Below, piece after piece: positions 31,132-32,000 of a stretch of 32,000 bases of DNA; positions within the stretch are counted from its first letter, which is position 1; every line of letters begins with the position of its first letter. Below the pieces are notes generated by a model, which had not been told where the DNA came from, ran no database searches, and worked only from the letters and a program-made list of their open reading frames with translations. The position numbers were made by a program, and so were the translations under genes. This DNA is from an uncultured Chloroflexia bacterium (GTDB taxonomy: Bacteria; Chloroflexota; Anaerolineae; Anaerolineales; Anaerolineaceae), in the NCBI GenBank assembly GCA_963704755.1, contig OY969938.1, forward strand, positions 1,320,001 through 1,352,000, in the 5' to 3' direction.

Positions 31132-32000
31132 CTATCCAGCCTGGCGCTCTACCAGCAAGTCGCACAGTTCGCGCACCGCACCGTGGCCGCCCGGCCGCGA
31201 AAGGACCACGTCGGCCGCCCGGCGAGCTTCCGGCTGGGCATCCGCTACCACTACCCCACACCCGACCAGCGGGAAGCAGGGCACATCGTTGATATCGTTC
31301 CCCAGGTAAATCGCTTCCTGCGGATCGATTTGTTGTTCCCTTAAGTAATTCTTTAACACTCCGGTCTTGTCGGCCACACCCTGGATATAGGGCAAGCCGA
31401 TTTTCTCACAGCGGGCCTGGACGACTTTGTTCGTCTCGGCCGAGATCACCACCACTTTGACGCCGGTATGCATCAGCCTGGCCAGCCCGAGGCTATCGGA
31501 GCGATATACAGCCACGTATTCGTGCGCCTGGTCATCCACCCAGGCGCGATTATCGGTCATGACCCCGTCGAAATCGAAGACCACCAGCTTGACCTGCTCT
31601 GGCAGCGGGCGGCGCGCTTGCCCGGGCGTGACCATTTCCAGACCCGATTCGCGCACCAACCGCTCGGCATTGATCCAATCACCCGGGTTGTCGATATCCA
31701 CCGTGTAGCGCGGGTCCACCATCACCGGAAAAATTACCCTGCCGCTCATCGAACCCTGCTCCAGGATGGTGGTGGAGCGGATGGCATCGATATGGCCGGT
31801 CTGCCAGTAAACCGGTGGCAGGACCTGGCGCGGGGCGTTGTAAGGCTCGGCAATGCCGGCTACGTCGATCAGGTTCTTCATGTAACCGGTCTGGGGATCC
31901 ACTCGCCACATTTTGTGCGGGTTTTGCCCGGATGGCACGATCCCGCGGACCGAATCGACCTCCGGGTGATCGATCAGGGTTTGCACGGCCTGATCGACCA
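31132..32000 (-). CDS. bifunctional NeuA-type cytidylyltransferase / KdsC (YrbI)-type HAD phosphatase, 5' end outside window
   Basis: The frame is open to the window edge (VDQAVQTLIDHPEV...). The N-terminal part resembles the C-terminal half of CMP-NeuAc synthetases. The C-terminal ~165 aa carry FDFDGVMTDN (motif I) and YLGNDINDVP (motif IV), as in KdsC/KDN-9-P phosphatases. Confidence 0.8.
   Translation of the reverse strand, partial: VDQAVQTLIDHPEVDSVRGIVPSGQNPHKMWRVDPQTGYMKNLIDVAGIAEPYNAPRQVLPPVYWQTGHIDAIRSTTILEQGSMSGRVIFPVMVDPRYTVDIDNPGDWINAERLVRESGLEMVTPGQARRPLPEQVKLVVFDFDGVMTDNRAWVDDQAHEYVAVYRSDSLGLARLMHTGVKVVVISAETNKVVQARCEKIGLPYIQGVADKTGVLKNYLREQQIDPQEAIYLGNDINDVPCFPLVGCGVVVADAQPEARRAADVVLSRPGGHGAVRELCDLLVERQAG

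Overview
Bacterial chromosomal window, visibly GC-rich (high-50s % by eye, not computed). It has tight operons, several GTG/TTG starts and one ATT start, and Thr/Pro-rich linkers in most secreted proteins. The gene content and hairpin-repeat-laden spacers suggest a Chloroflexota-like organism, but that is a guess. Layout: (i) 1-2994 (+): a three-gene operon encoding a MutL-like ATPase-fold protein, a barrel/KOW-like hypothetical protein and an LPXTG-type surface protein. (ii) 3.0-4.1 kb: an AT-rich islet carrying a HigB2/RelE-like toxin and XRE antitoxin pair under a near-consensus promoter, bracketed by terminators. (iii) 4.1-13.2 kb: housekeeping and envelope genes (phosphohexomutase, DUF389-SH3b membrane protein, HAD, lipoprotein, polyprenyl-phosphate sugar-phosphate transferase, trpS-dtd, infC with an ATT start). 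(iv) 13.3-32 kb: all genes on the minus strand, dominated by a glycan-assembly supercluster with 3 GT2 enzymes, 3 polytopic GT-C-like proteins, a Maf/DUF115-like and a KpsC/KpsS-like candidate transferase, an SDR and a 2-hydroxyacid dehydrogenase. This cluster ends in a nonulosonic-acid module: a NeuB-family synthase lacking the SAF domain and two NeuA-family cytidylyltransferases, one fused to a KdsC-type phosphatase. The non-coding DNA is the most unusual part. It includes a 3 x ~223-bp tandem array between dtd and infC, a 3 x 331-bp tandem array in a 1.36-kb spacer, a four-member palindromic repeat family with mirrored (compensatory) substitutions, and spacers built from phased triple-heptamer modules. 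No rRNA, tRNA, CRISPR array, transposase or integrase was recognised. All family calls come from motif recognition by eye; no searches or computations were run.
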